A DNA stretch of 39,528 bases from the NCBI GenBank assembly GCA_050287085.1, contig JBNKBE010000035.1, forward strand, positions 1-39,528, written 5' to 3'. This DNA comes from Polyangiaceae bacterium (GTDB lineage: Bacteria > Myxococcota_A > Polyangia > Polyangiales > Polyangiaceae). Shown here in pieces: positions 25,807-35,597 of this stretch. Both the position numbers and the translations under genes were made by a program. Within the stretch, counting starts at the first letter, position 1. Every line of letters begins with the position of its first letter. The notes below the pieces were generated by a model that worked only from the letters and a program-made list of their open reading frames with translations, was not told the DNA's origin and searched no databases.

Positions 25807-26362
25807 CGTTGCGTTCGGCGCGGGCGCTGGGGGGGGCGACCTCGCGAGCTTCGTCAGTTGCGGCGACCACGCCGCATTCAGGTCGAGCGCGCGCCTACCA
25901 CCGCGGCTTTGCACGCGAATGGTGCCTCTCCATGGCGGAGGGTAACCTCGAGGCGCTTGCGCTGCGCGCTGAGGGCACCGACAGTGACGACGCGCGCTGC
26001 GTCACGTGTGCAGAGTTCGTCTATCGCCACCTGCGTGTCGGCACGGGACCGGCAGACCACGACACTGATCGCGAGCCCTTGCGCCACCACTTAGGCGGGC
26101 TCGACTTCGTCTCGTGTGGTTGCTTCTTCCGTTGGGGGCCGGATGCAGCCCGAGCGGGGCGCAGCGCAACCCAGCGCGTGTTGTCGTTCACCCGTATTGC
26201 TCCGCTCAGGAGAACAGCAGTCCGCTCTATGCACAACTGACGAGGAGCACGCTCCTCGTCCTGGGCGCGGTGCCGCCCTCTGCGCGTGTCGTGGCGTGCA
26301 CGGCCGGGGCTGCGGGGGCGTTGCGGTTGCGGAGAGACCGGTTGGTGTTGTATTGGCTCGGA

Positions 26363-27049
26363 ATGCTTCAGATTCTCCAGGAGTGGCTGGCGACGAGGTT
26401 TGAACCTAGACCGATGATGTCAAAAGGCGAGATCGCGGCCACTCAGGCAGTCTGCTCGTTGTTCGACCGACCCCTGCGCGTACTGGAGTGGGGGTCCGGC
26501 TACAGCACGTCCTATTTCCCGAAGCGCTTGACGGCCGGCTCCACCTGGGATGCGATTGAGCACGACGAATCCTGGGCTGGGGTTGTCGCGCGGAATCTCT
26601 CGCGTTGGAGTGTGCCCGGCGCACAGGTGCACTTTGTCCCGGCGAGTCAGCCGTTCGTGGTCGGACGCGGAATTGATGGGACCGAGGCTGAGTTCGCGGC
26701 GTACGTCAGCGCGGTGGAACGATTTGAGCCTGGCGTTCTCGACGTGGCGCTGGTGGACGGGCGTGCGCGGGTTGCTTGCACGAAGCGGGTTTGGCCCAGA
26801 CTCGCTGAAGACGGCGTGGCTATCCTGGACGACGCCAACCGTCCTCACTACGCTGACGCCATTCCTGACGGGGCGGCTTGGGTGGCGCTCCGCGATACTC
26901 GCAAGCTCGTCGACGGGACACCGGTGACCGTGGTCTTCTTCTTCAAGTCCCCGGCGATGTCGGAACGGTTCGAGGCGGCCATTGCGCCCCTACGATCGCG
27001 CAAGGTCGAGGTTTGGGCGGGGCGCCACCCCGAATCCTGGCTGCGGTGA
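26363..27049 (+). CDS. Class I SAM-dependent methyltransferase-like protein
   Basis: VLEWGSGYST, IEHD..W, DVALVDGRAR and ILDD..R..Y motifs. Confidence 0.8.
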   Translation: MLQILQEWLATRFEPRPMMSKGEIAATQAVCSLFDRPLRVLEWGSGYSTSYFPKRLTAGSTWDAIEHDESWAGVVARNLSRWSVPGAQVHFVPASQPFVVGRGIDGTEAEFAAYVSAVERFEPGVLDVALVDGRARVACTKRVWPRLAEDGVAILDDANRPHYADAIPDGAAWVALRDTRKLVDGTPVTVVFFFKSPAMSERFEAAIAPLRSRKVEVWAGRHPESWLR

Positions 27050-27547
27050 CTCTGACAACGGATCGAGAGACCACTACGGCATGATCACGGAATGCTGTTG
27101 TGGAGATGGTCTCGGTCCAGCCGAACGCGTCCATCAAAGGCGGTGAGCTTGTCGATGATGACTTTCCCGGCCGCGTTGAATTTCCAGGTTTCGGCGAACA
27201 GGGTCCGGGCTCGTGCTCATCGCTCAGTAGTCAATGAGCCCAGCGAAAGAACCGTTCATTCGGTGGGATGCTTTCCAGGGCTTGCAGCGCGGCGTCAGTG
27301 ACCGAGACGTCATCAGCGGGTCCGCATACCCCGGCGCTGCAGCCAGAACGCGAGGGGCTAGTGGGGGATCGCCCATTCACCCTGGTCGCGTCTGCCCGGC
27401 GGTGCATGAGCTTCGTCTCCGCTGGTCGTGCTCCGGCAACCGCGCGATTCGTGCCAATCGTTGGTTCGATATTGAACTCTGAGGACGGCCCTGGCTCAAC
27501 CGTAGCCTAACCTCAATGCCTCCCGCCCGCGATCACGCTTGGCCGGC

Positions 27548-28051
27548 TCAGCCGAGCCGCGTAAACAACCACGTAATACCGGCGATGAACAGAATGACTG
27601 GAAGGATTAGCGCAAAGAGAAACAATGCAACAGCCCCAACCACCATCAGCCAGTCCGACCCGGTGGCTTCACCGTGCGGACCGCGGGACTTGAGCAGCTC
27701 CAGATTCCTTTCGTGCGCGCGGTAGAAAAAGTCGCCGATCCAACCGATCAACGGGACTGAACCGATCAGCGCGTCGAGAGCGAGGTTCACCAGCATTCTG
27801 GCCACAACGAGCGGATGCAGGCGCAGCTGAGCTGCCAACAGCACCCCGTATAGGCCAATGATGGCGCCTAAAGCATCGCCGGCGCCTGGGAAGACAAGGC
27901 CCAAGATTGGGTCAACGTAGCGCCGATCCATCCACTTGGCGATGGCTTCCAGTTGCCTAACACGCTCCACGGGCGGCGGCCCGTGCGACCCGCTCCGGGT
28001 TACGCCGGAACGGCCAACAGAGGAAACTGGAGAAGGAAGTTGGTCGTTCAT
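27548..28051 (-). CDS. DUF4112 membrane protein
   Basis: WMD...DPILGLVFPGAGD...RMLVNLALDALIGSVPLIG.IGD...RN pattern. Confidence 0.85.
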   Translation of the reverse strand: MNDQLPSPVSSVGRSGVTRSGSHGPPPVERVRQLEAIAKWMDRRYVDPILGLVFPGAGDALGAIIGLYGVLLAAQLRLHPLVVARMLVNLALDALIGSVPLIGWIGDFFYRAHERNLELLKSRGPHGEATGSDWLMVVGAVALFLFALILPVILFIAGITWLFTRLG

Positions 28052-28352
28052 GCGCCACCGGAGGTGCAATCCTAGTGCCCCGGGGGTCCGTCGGCCAAGC
28101 ATCGCTTGAATCGAGACGCGGCTTGGCGGGGCGCCGCGCGTCTCGACACAAACAAGAACCTCGCGTACGCGGGACCAACCAGGCCGTCGAGGAACATCTG
28201 CGCAGTTGAGCTCCCGCGTGAGTGCTGGCACAAGCTGACACAAGATCCCGGCCTCCACGTCGCGATCTCAGGCCATAAGAAGCTCAGTGCGCCGAAAAGC
28301 GAAGTGATTCCGCGGCTCTAAATGCTGGCATGCAGGTTGCTGCTCCTCGCGC

Positions 28353-30671
28353 GTGCTCCATCCCTCCCTTGTGTCCGCTTCGCGTGAACTCCCGATTTCG
28401 GCGCTCGCCCTGCTCTTGGCGTCGTTAAGCTGGAGTTGCGGCGCAGATCCTGCCGCAATGCCCGAGAACGCTTCGCAGCCTGCGGGCGGCGCGCCCCCTG
28501 TCGGGCCGATCTCCGGCGTTGACACGGGAAACTTAGGGGGCGCGGCCGGCTCGGCGCAAGCACCTGTTAACACGACCCCCGCCCTGGCGCCCATTCCCGG
28601 CGGTGAGACAGTGAACGTCGAGGTCGCGGGCGGCCCTGAGTTTCAGCAGCTGCTGAGCGCCGTCCAAGTCGCGGGGGAACTGGACGCAGCCGGTTTGCGC
28701 CAAGCTTACCCAGCGCCGGCACATCAGGCTCTGAGCTACAACCCAGCTGACGCGCAGTTTCTCGACGTGATCCAAGAATCCGCGCTCGGGTTGAACGAGG
28801 CTGAGCTGGGTAAACTAGGTGAACAGGGTTTGGTCATTTCGCAACGGCAAACCTTTCCAACTTTCTTGCGCGGCTATGCTGCGATCTATTTCGAACACTT
28901 GCCGGTGTACGTCTCGGCTGACGCCATTCTGGACACCGTGCACCGCTCCTACGACGCCATTCTGATGCTCATTGAGCAGCAGTCTTTGGTGCCCAAGTTA
29001 ACGCAACTTTTGAGCAACATGCAGACAGAGCTCGGAGCGGCGCAGGCGAGTGAACAGGCCAAACAAGATGTCGCGCTATACCTTGAAGTCGCTCAGACCT
29101 TGCTGACAGGCGCAGCCCCCAGTAGCGAAGCGCAAACTTATGTCGACCTGGCCGTACAAGCCAGCGGCGAAAAAACCGTCGAATTCATGGGTGCAAAGCG
29201 CTGGTTCGACTTTTCTCAGTTCAAACCGCGCGGCCACTACGCGGGCGACGAAGCGCTGGAGCGCTACTTCCGCGCCATGATGTGGCTCGGCCGGGTGGAT
29301 CTCCGCATCCTCGAGACGCAGCCTGACGGCTCGCAGGTGTTCAATCGCGGCCAGTATGAGATGAGCGTACTTGTTCACCAGCTGATGACCGAGCAGAACG
29401 CCTCTCTCTTCAGCGAGATAGACCAGGTGATTCGCACGTTTGTCGGCGAAAGTGACTACCTCACCGTGCCGGAACTGTCGCTGTTGGTGACTGATTTGGG
29501 CGGCGTTAGCGCGGCGGCCAGCGCAACGGGTCAAGCGATCGCCGAGCTGTTCGCGGAGAAGGGCTACGGCGCTCAGCAGATCGCCAGCCACTTGATGGTG
29601 AACGACGGCACGGTCAAGACGCTGCCACTGAACCGCAGCTTTCTGATCTTTGGGCAGCGTTACATCGTCGACTCGCACGTCTTCAGTGAAACCGTGTATG
29701 ATCGCATTTCAGACCGTCTCATGCCTTCCCCGCTCGACGCGGCGTTTGCAGCGCTGAAGAATAACGACGCACTAGCCCTGAGCCAAACCGAGCTCGCGAC
29801 TTACGATGAGCTGCCCGGCGCATTAGGCAAACTTCGGAGCGTGGTAGACGCCCACGAAAGCGATTTCTGGAACGCCAATTTCTACAACCTGTGGTTGAAC
29901 TCGTTGCGCGCGCTTTCAGACCGCACAGTCGGCACGGGCCTGCCGGAGATCACCCACACGGAAGCCTGGGGCAAGCGTTTGCTCAACGCGCAGCTCGGTT
30001 CCTGGTCGCAACTGCGGCATGACACGCTGCTTTACGCCAAACAATCGTACACCGGCGTACCCGAGTGCGAGTTCCCTGACGCTTACGTGGAACCATATCC
30101 CGAGTTCTTCGCAGCGCTCGAGGCCTACGCCGAACAGGGTGCGAAGCTGGTGGTGGACGCGCCGAACCTGCAGTCCGCGATTGCGACGTATTATGACAAC
30201 CTGCGTACCATTTCTGGTCGTCTCAGAGAGATGGCTCAAGTGCAGCGCGACGGCCTGAGCTTCAGCGAAGAACAGTTGGCGTTCATCAATAACGCTGTTC
30301 GGGTAGTGCAGGACCAAGCGGGCTGTGTGACCGTGGACGTGCCCGACGGATGGTACGCCGACCTGTTCTTCAACCGCGATGATTCAATCGTCATGGACGT
30401 CACCGTGGCGGATGTGCACACGCAACCCGCCGACATTGGCGGCGCCCTTGTGGGTCGCGTACTGCATGTCGGCACCGCGCTACCCCGGCTCATGGTCACT
30501 ACGATCGACACCTGCGATGGGCCGAAGGCCTACGTGGGCATGGCGTACAGCTACCACGAGACGGTCACTGAGAACTTCGAGCGGCTGGACGACGAACAGT
30601 GGCAACAAAAAGTACTCGGCGAGGCGCCCCCCGCCAATGTGCCGTGGATGAGCACGATCATCGCCGAGTGA
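28353..30671 (+). CDS. DUF3160 domain lipoprotein
   Basis: DFSQFKPRGHY, YFRAMMWLGR, GQRY..DS, LGSWSQLRHDTLLYAKQSY, VEPYP and VADVHT motifs. Confidence 0.9.
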   Translation: MLHPSLVSASRELPISALALLLASLSWSCGADPAAMPENASQPAGGAPPVGPISGVDTGNLGGAAGSAQAPVNTTPALAPIPGGETVNVEVAGGPEFQQLLSAVQVAGELDAAGLRQAYPAPAHQALSYNPADAQFLDVIQESALGLNEAELGKLGEQGLVISQRQTFPTFLRGYAAIYFEHLPVYVSADAILDTVHRSYDAILMLIEQQSLVPKLTQLLSNMQTELGAAQASEQAKQDVALYLEVAQTLLTGAAPSSEAQTYVDLAVQASGEKTVEFMGAKRWFDFSQFKPRGHYAGDEALERYFRAMMWLGRVDLRILETQPDGSQVFNRGQYEMSVLVHQLMTEQNASLFSEIDQVIRTFVGESDYLTVPELSLLVTDLGGVSAAASATGQAIAELFAEKGYGAQQIASHLMVNDGTVKTLPLNRSFLIFGQRYIVDSHVFSETVYDRISDRLMPSPLDAAFAALKNNDALALSQTELATYDELPGALGKLRSVVDAHESDFWNANFYNLWLNSLRALSDRTVGTGLPEITHTEAWGKRLLNAQLGSWSQLRHDTLLYAKQSYTGVPECEFPDAYVEPYPEFFAALEAYAEQGAKLVVDAPNLQSAIATYYDNLRTISGRLREMAQVQRDGLSFSEEQLAFINNAVRVVQDQAGCVTVDVPDGWYADLFFNRDDSIVMDVTVADVHTQPADIGGALVGRVLHVGTALPRLMVTTIDTCDGPKAYVGMAYSYHETVTENFERLDDEQWQQKVLGEAPPANVPWMSTIIAE

Positions 30672-30969
30672 CCGTCGAACGTCGTTGAGGCGCGGAGTTC
30701 GACCTGCATGCGGCTTCGCAACCCGCTGCGCATCACCCTTCGGTGCCAAGGAGAAACGAGCTGCTAGGTCCGGGTGGCTTGATAGTCGACTGTGTTGGCG
30801 TCAGCGCCAAGCTGAACCCCTCACCCAGCTGCTCATCATCGATATCTGCGCAAAGCCGGAGCTCGCGTTCACGGAGCTCGCGTTCGCTCGTGGGCCTGAG
30901 CTGCGCGTTCGCGGCACTCAGTACGGGCAGCGGTGCATCACCCCGAACACATCGACGTCGCGAGCTGGC

Positions 30970-31288
30970 CAGGCAGTGTACGAGCTGATTCACACGGAGA
31001 GGGCGAACATCCCAATTGCAAGAGGGTGCCGTGTTCTCGAGGTCTCTCGCAGCGGCTACGACAAGTGGCTGAACGCGTACCCCAGCACTCGCGCGGCAGA
31101 TGACGTGGAACTTGCCGCCGAGGTCGTTGAGATATACGCGGAACCAGGTGGCAGACCACACCGAGAAACTACTACAACCTCGTCGGGCTGCACTCACATC
31201 TCGACTACTTGTCTCCCGTCGAGTTCGAGACCAACTCGCCGACCCGGTTCAAGCCGTCAAACCTGTCCACTGAATCGGGGCAACTCCA
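30970..31288 (+). mobile_element. IS3-family remnant, internally deleted, with IRR
   Basis: YELIHTER...CRVLEVSRSGY, YYN..LHSHLDYLSPVEFE, and terminal TGTCCACTGAATCGGGGCAACTCCA. Confidence 0.8.
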
Positions 31289-31329
31289 CGCGCTGCCGGC
31301 TGGGGAGAGGCGCTTTTGCGTCAGCGTGC

Positions 31330-31600
31330 GAGCTCCTGGCGAATGCGCGCTACGACCGTGGCGAGCGGTATCGACTTCGACGGCAGGGATGCGCAGCAAG
31401 CGGTAACGCGCCGCGGCCAGGCGACGGTCACGCTGGGCGTCTCGGTGCCGCCCTGCGTGCCAGGCGCCGTCGACTTCAGTGATGAGCTGCGCCTCCGACG
31501 CGTAGAAGTCCGCGATGAAGCCCTGCAGCACAACCTGCCGCCGGAACGTGGCGCCAAGCTGCTTGGCGCGGAGCGCTTGCGCCCAAGGGCGGCAAGTCAG
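31330..31600 (-). pseudogene. DUF559 (Vsr-like) endonuclease, degraded
   Basis: ALRAKQLGATFRRQVVLQGFIADFY...EVDG.WH...DAQRD..L...LLRI; 5' end broken. Confidence 0.75.
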
Positions 31601-32011
31601 CCCTCACCAGCGTCAGCTGCTACGCCAGCGGGCGCGCCTCATGCGGCATGGGCCACGCAAACCGAGTGGCTGGGGTGCCCCCCATCCAGTCAGCCTGTGG
31701 CTGACTGCTTCCCCCTTGGTGTCCTCGCTCGCGAATCCAACGAATGTTCAGGCGGGGGCCCCAGCTCCCGGGCCCCACACGATGCCGGAGGCATCGGGAG
31801 GGAGGAGTTGGGTGGGCGGGCGCCGGGGGAAGGTGAGCTGAACGTCGGGGCGCAAGCTGTCTCGGCGAGCATCGCCGGTTCGGCTTGGTCACGCTTGGGG
31901 TTTCGAGTTCGTCCTTGTGGCAGGCGCTTCGGTGGGAGTGTCTCACGGCCCCGAGTCGTTGCGCTCCCTCGCGTTTTGAGATAGCTCCGCCGTACAGGAG
32001 GATACCTGCAC

Positions 32012-33055
32012 ATGGCGGCATATGGCTTCACGCGCGGCAAGCGCTGGTTCGGATGGGTGGCCTCTGGCCTCGCGCTCGCGAGTGGCTGCAAGGAGAACGC
32101 GGACGAGCGGACCCGCGCCCGAGACGCCGGCGAAGAGCGCGAGACGGCTACCACTTGCCAGGGCTGTGAGCCGGACGAGGTGTGCGTGTCCGGCGTGTGC
32201 AGCGAGCCGGGGGCCGCAGCGCTCGAGACGAGCCTCGGTAGCGGGCCGGGGGAGCTCGGTGTCCTGGTACCGGCGGAAGCGGCCGCAGTGGCACCCATGA
32301 GCCTTGCCGTTCGAGGTGACGGCATGGTTTGGATCCTAGACCAGGAAAATGAGCGGCTCCAGCTTTTCTCCGATAACGCCGTTGTGAAAGAACTACCGCT
32401 GGATTCGGGCACATACCAGGATCTGGTGTTGCTCGACGACGGGCGGCTCGTGCTGATTGACAGGCTGGTGGCTTCGGAGTTGGTCGTCTTGACGGATGAA
32501 GGGAAGGTGCAAAGCCGCCTGCCCCTGTACGGCAAAGGTCTCGACCAGCCGAGCGCGGCGGGCAACCTCGAAGTGCGCCCCGACGGCGTGTGGGTTCCGT
32601 ATCGCCGGCACATGGTGCGTCTGCTGGACGAGCATGGCGAGGCCCCCGAAGAGCGAGAGCTCGTCTGGGGGCACCTCAGCAAGGACGGCAGGAGCGTCAT
32701 CAGCGTCAAGTGGCGCAAGAATCTGCTCAACATCTTCAAGCGCAACCGCGTCGGGCGGCTCGAATCCAAAGAGGCCAACCACGACCTCGAGCGCGACATC
32801 TCCACGGTCAGCGAGACCCATACGGACGCTGCGGGGAACCTCTACCTGTTGGTGAGCCATTTCGGCAACGAGGCAGATCCGCAACGCTTTTTGATGGTGT
32901 TCGACGAAGAGCTGAAACCGGTGCGCACGCACGAGATCTTGCCGGAGGAAGGTAGCGCGGGGGGCGAAGTGTTTCGCGAGTTCGATGTCACCGCGACGGG
33001 TGACGTGTACATGTTGCGCATGGCTGGCGAAGGCGCCCTCGTGAGGAGGTACTGA
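32012..33055 (+). CDS. Lipoprotein with NHL-like beta-propeller
   Basis: LASGC lipobox; GSGPGELG...P...V..DG.VWILDQENERLQLF; AGGAG RBS. Confidence 0.75.
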   Translation: MAAYGFTRGKRWFGWVASGLALASGCKENADERTRARDAGEERETATTCQGCEPDEVCVSGVCSEPGAAALETSLGSGPGELGVLVPAEAAAVAPMSLAVRGDGMVWILDQENERLQLFSDNAVVKELPLDSGTYQDLVLLDDGRLVLIDRLVASELVVLTDEGKVQSRLPLYGKGLDQPSAAGNLEVRPDGVWVPYRRHMVRLLDEHGEAPEERELVWGHLSKDGRSVISVKWRKNLLNIFKRNRVGRLESKEANHDLERDISTVSETHTDAAGNLYLLVSHFGNEADPQRFLMVFDEELKPVRTHEILPEEGSAGGEVFREFDVTATGDVYMLRMAGEGALVRRY

Positions 33056-33056
33056 C

Positions 33057-35534
33057 ATGGCCTCGGCGAAGGGCAGTTCTGCAACCCAGGTGATGTGGTG
33101 GGCTTCGCTAGCGCACACGTTGCTCGCGCTAGTGCTCGTGAGTACCCGCGCCAGCGCCCAGCGGGAGGCGATGACGCGCGAGCAGATCCTCGACCTCGCC
33201 AAGGCTGGGATGGGTCACGGCTACAAATGGGGCGGCAGCACCTGGACGCTGGATGGCAGCCGCAAGGGTCAGTGTATGCTACGTGAGGGCTTCCCCGAAG
33301 GGTGCCCCGACTGCGACTACCCCTCCGACAAGGTCGGCGCAGATTGCGCTGGTTTCGTAGGCAAGGCCTGGCAGCTGAAAAAGCCGACCCCGGTCGATCA
33401 GGACTTCCGTCCCTACTCGGCAGGCGACTTCTTCTCGGGCAGTTCCGAGTGGAAGGAGATCAGCTTCAATGACCTGCGCCCAGGGGACGGGCTCGCTCGA
33501 AGCAGTCACACGGTGCTCTTCAAGGAGCTGTCAGGCGGGGCCTACCAGACCTACGAGGCGATGGGCTGCAAGTGGAACATGACGGAAGGGACCCACAAGA
33601 TCGACGCCTCCACAGGCGTGGAAAGCCGTCCGGGGAAGTCCGATCGCCAGTGGCGCGCGATTCGCAGGTTGGATGTCAAGGAGGCCATCGCGTGTACGGA
33701 AGCGCCTTGTGGTGATCGGGGCGAGTGCAACGAGGGCATCTGTGACTGCAAGGACAACTACGTCACTAGCCCCGAGGCGAAGATGGAGTTTCAGTGTGAT
33801 CGATGCGCCGAGGGCTTCATCAATCACCCGACTTGCCAGGAAGCCTCGACCAGCTGCACGGTCAAGTCTGCGCTTGCCTGTAAGTCGAAGTTCACCGTCG
33901 ATCCTACGGCCGACGGGAGCGATCAACTGAGCGGATACGCCTGTGGCGGTGGGGGGAGCGGGAAAGAGCTCGCCTACCGCTTCGCGCCTCCCGGCAGCGG
34001 CAAAGCCAAGTTCAAGGTGGACGGCGGCAGCGCACGCATCATGCGTGGGGCCTGCGCACCCGAGGCATGTGTGCAGACCGGGGACATGGAGCTCGAGTAC
34101 GGCGGCAACGAGGTCTTCTTCGTCGCCATCGAGAGCGACGGGAACAGCGGACCCATCAGTGTAGAGGTGGATTGCGATACGGGCGAATCGGTGTGGATCG
34201 GCGACTCGTGCAATGATGACTCCGACTGCGACATGCACCGAGCAACCGGGGAGGCGGTGAGCGGGTTCTGCTATCGAACCGAGCTCGGCGCGGGCTTCTG
34301 TGCCAAAGCTTGCACGCGCGGATGTCCAGATCTGGTAAACAAGGCGGAGACGTTTTGCGCCGCCGACCCCAAGAAGCCAGAGGAAGGTATCTGCGTCCCG
34401 AAGTCGGATTCGCGCAACAGTCACTGCACCCAAGTGCCCGGGGTTGCCCAGCGTCGCGTGAATCGCTTCATGGACGACAGTGCGGATGCCCTCGCGTGTA
34501 TGCCGGTGAGTGCTGCGGAGAGCTGTGAGGGCGACATTGCGGGGTCGGTAGTGGACGCGCTGGACCAATTCGGCGTGGACGGCGGTGTGATCGACATCAT
34601 CGACGCTGAGGGCAACACCGTTCCCAGCCTGAATATCGACGGGGATGGCGCGTTCAAGTCAGGTAAGCTGTCCTGCGGTGAATACACCTTGCTCGTCGTG
34701 GTAGATGGCTATGAGCCCGTCGAGGTCACGGCGAAGGTCACCGCCGGGGCAACGACGAACCTGCCACGCATCAAAGCGGTGCTGGAGTTTGCCTGCGAAG
34801 ACGAGGGTGACATCCTGGGAACGGTGTTCGACGGGCTCACCGAGGAGCGGGAGCTCGTCTTTGGCGCTCAGGTATCCATTAGCGAAGGGGTCAACAACGT
34901 GAGCGGCCCCGAAATAGACTCTGTCGAAACTGGGGTGGATGGTGTCTTCCAATTCTCGGAGCTACCCCCCGGCAACTACACGGTGACCGCACGCCTGGAT
35001 GGCTACTCGCTCGGCCGTGCCAACCTGGTGGTGTGCGGAGGGGAGGAGCAGCGACCTGCCGAGATCTCGATCGTCGAGCTCGAGCCCGGCCAGATGCGGA
35101 TCGTGCTCGAGTGGGAAGTACCGGCCGACCTCGACATCCATCTCCAGCTTCCAGACGGAAATGAGGTATTCTTCTGGGACCCTTGCCGACTCAACTCGGC
35201 CGCGGGGCTCGACATAGATCGTATGGCGGCAGTCGGGCCCGAGACCATTACCGTCAGAAGTCCGGGTCCGGGGCCCTACACGCTGTTCGTTCACAACTTC
35301 TCGGCTCAGATCGACGGCGCGGAGGGTTTCGCCGAGTCGAGCGCGAGCGTGACAGTGTTCGGCGACGATGATCAGGAGCTGGCACGCTTCGATGTACCAA
35401 CCGGGGGTGACGGCTTCTTTTGGGATGTTTTCTCATTCGATGGGGCCAATCCGCAGCGACTCTCGCCATTGCAGCGGCTGGTGAACAACCGCCGCAACCC
35501 TTACGACGAGTACACCGAGGAGTGCCGCCCGTGA
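33057..35534 (+). CDS. Secreted multidomain protein: NlpC/P60-like peptidase, EGF/Cys-rich, carboxypeptidase-regulatory-like and YfaP-like domains
   Basis: YKWGG, GADCAGFVGKAW, LRPGD, HTVLF and YEA; laminin/EGF cysteines; LPPGNYTVTARLDGY; DLDIH...GPETI...YTLFVHNF. Confidence 0.8.
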   Translation: MASAKGSSATQVMWWASLAHTLLALVLVSTRASAQREAMTREQILDLAKAGMGHGYKWGGSTWTLDGSRKGQCMLREGFPEGCPDCDYPSDKVGADCAGFVGKAWQLKKPTPVDQDFRPYSAGDFFSGSSEWKEISFNDLRPGDGLARSSHTVLFKELSGGAYQTYEAMGCKWNMTEGTHKIDASTGVESRPGKSDRQWRAIRRLDVKEAIACTEAPCGDRGECNEGICDCKDNYVTSPEAKMEFQCDRCAEGFINHPTCQEASTSCTVKSALACKSKFTVDPTADGSDQLSGYACGGGGSGKELAYRFAPPGSGKAKFKVDGGSARIMRGACAPEACVQTGDMELEYGGNEVFFVAIESDGNSGPISVEVDCDTGESVWIGDSCNDDSDCDMHRATGEAVSGFCYRTELGAGFCAKACTRGCPDLVNKAETFCAADPKKPEEGICVPKSDSRNSHCTQVPGVAQRRVNRFMDDSADALACMPVSAAESCEGDIAGSVVDALDQFGVDGGVIDIIDAEGNTVPSLNIDGDGAFKSGKLSCGEYTLLVVVDGYEPVEVTAKVTAGATTNLPRIKAVLEFACEDEGDILGTVFDGLTEERELVFGAQVSISEGVNNVSGPEIDSVETGVDGVFQFSELPPGNYTVTARLDGYSLGRANLVVCGGEEQRPAEISIVELEPGQMRIVLEWEVPADLDIHLQLPDGNEVFFWDPCRLNSAAGLDIDRMAAVGPETITVRSPGPGPYTLFVHNFSAQIDGAEGFAESSASVTVFGDDDQELARFDVPTGGDGFFWDVFSFDGANPQRLSPLQRLVNNRRNPYDEYTEECRP

Positions 35535-35597
35535 GCGCTGGGGCCAGGCGCGGTAGGACTGACGAGCGACCAGCTCGATCTGCCAGTCACCTGGCGC

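Noticed and set aside
25806..26360. ORFs between the NAD operon and the methyltransferase
   Set aside because: No convincing protein-like frame or motif on either strand.
18624..27510. Isolated GCCTAAC heptamers (~18624, ~27505) as further attC sites
   Set aside because: No matching arm or GTT partner was seen at a suitable distance.
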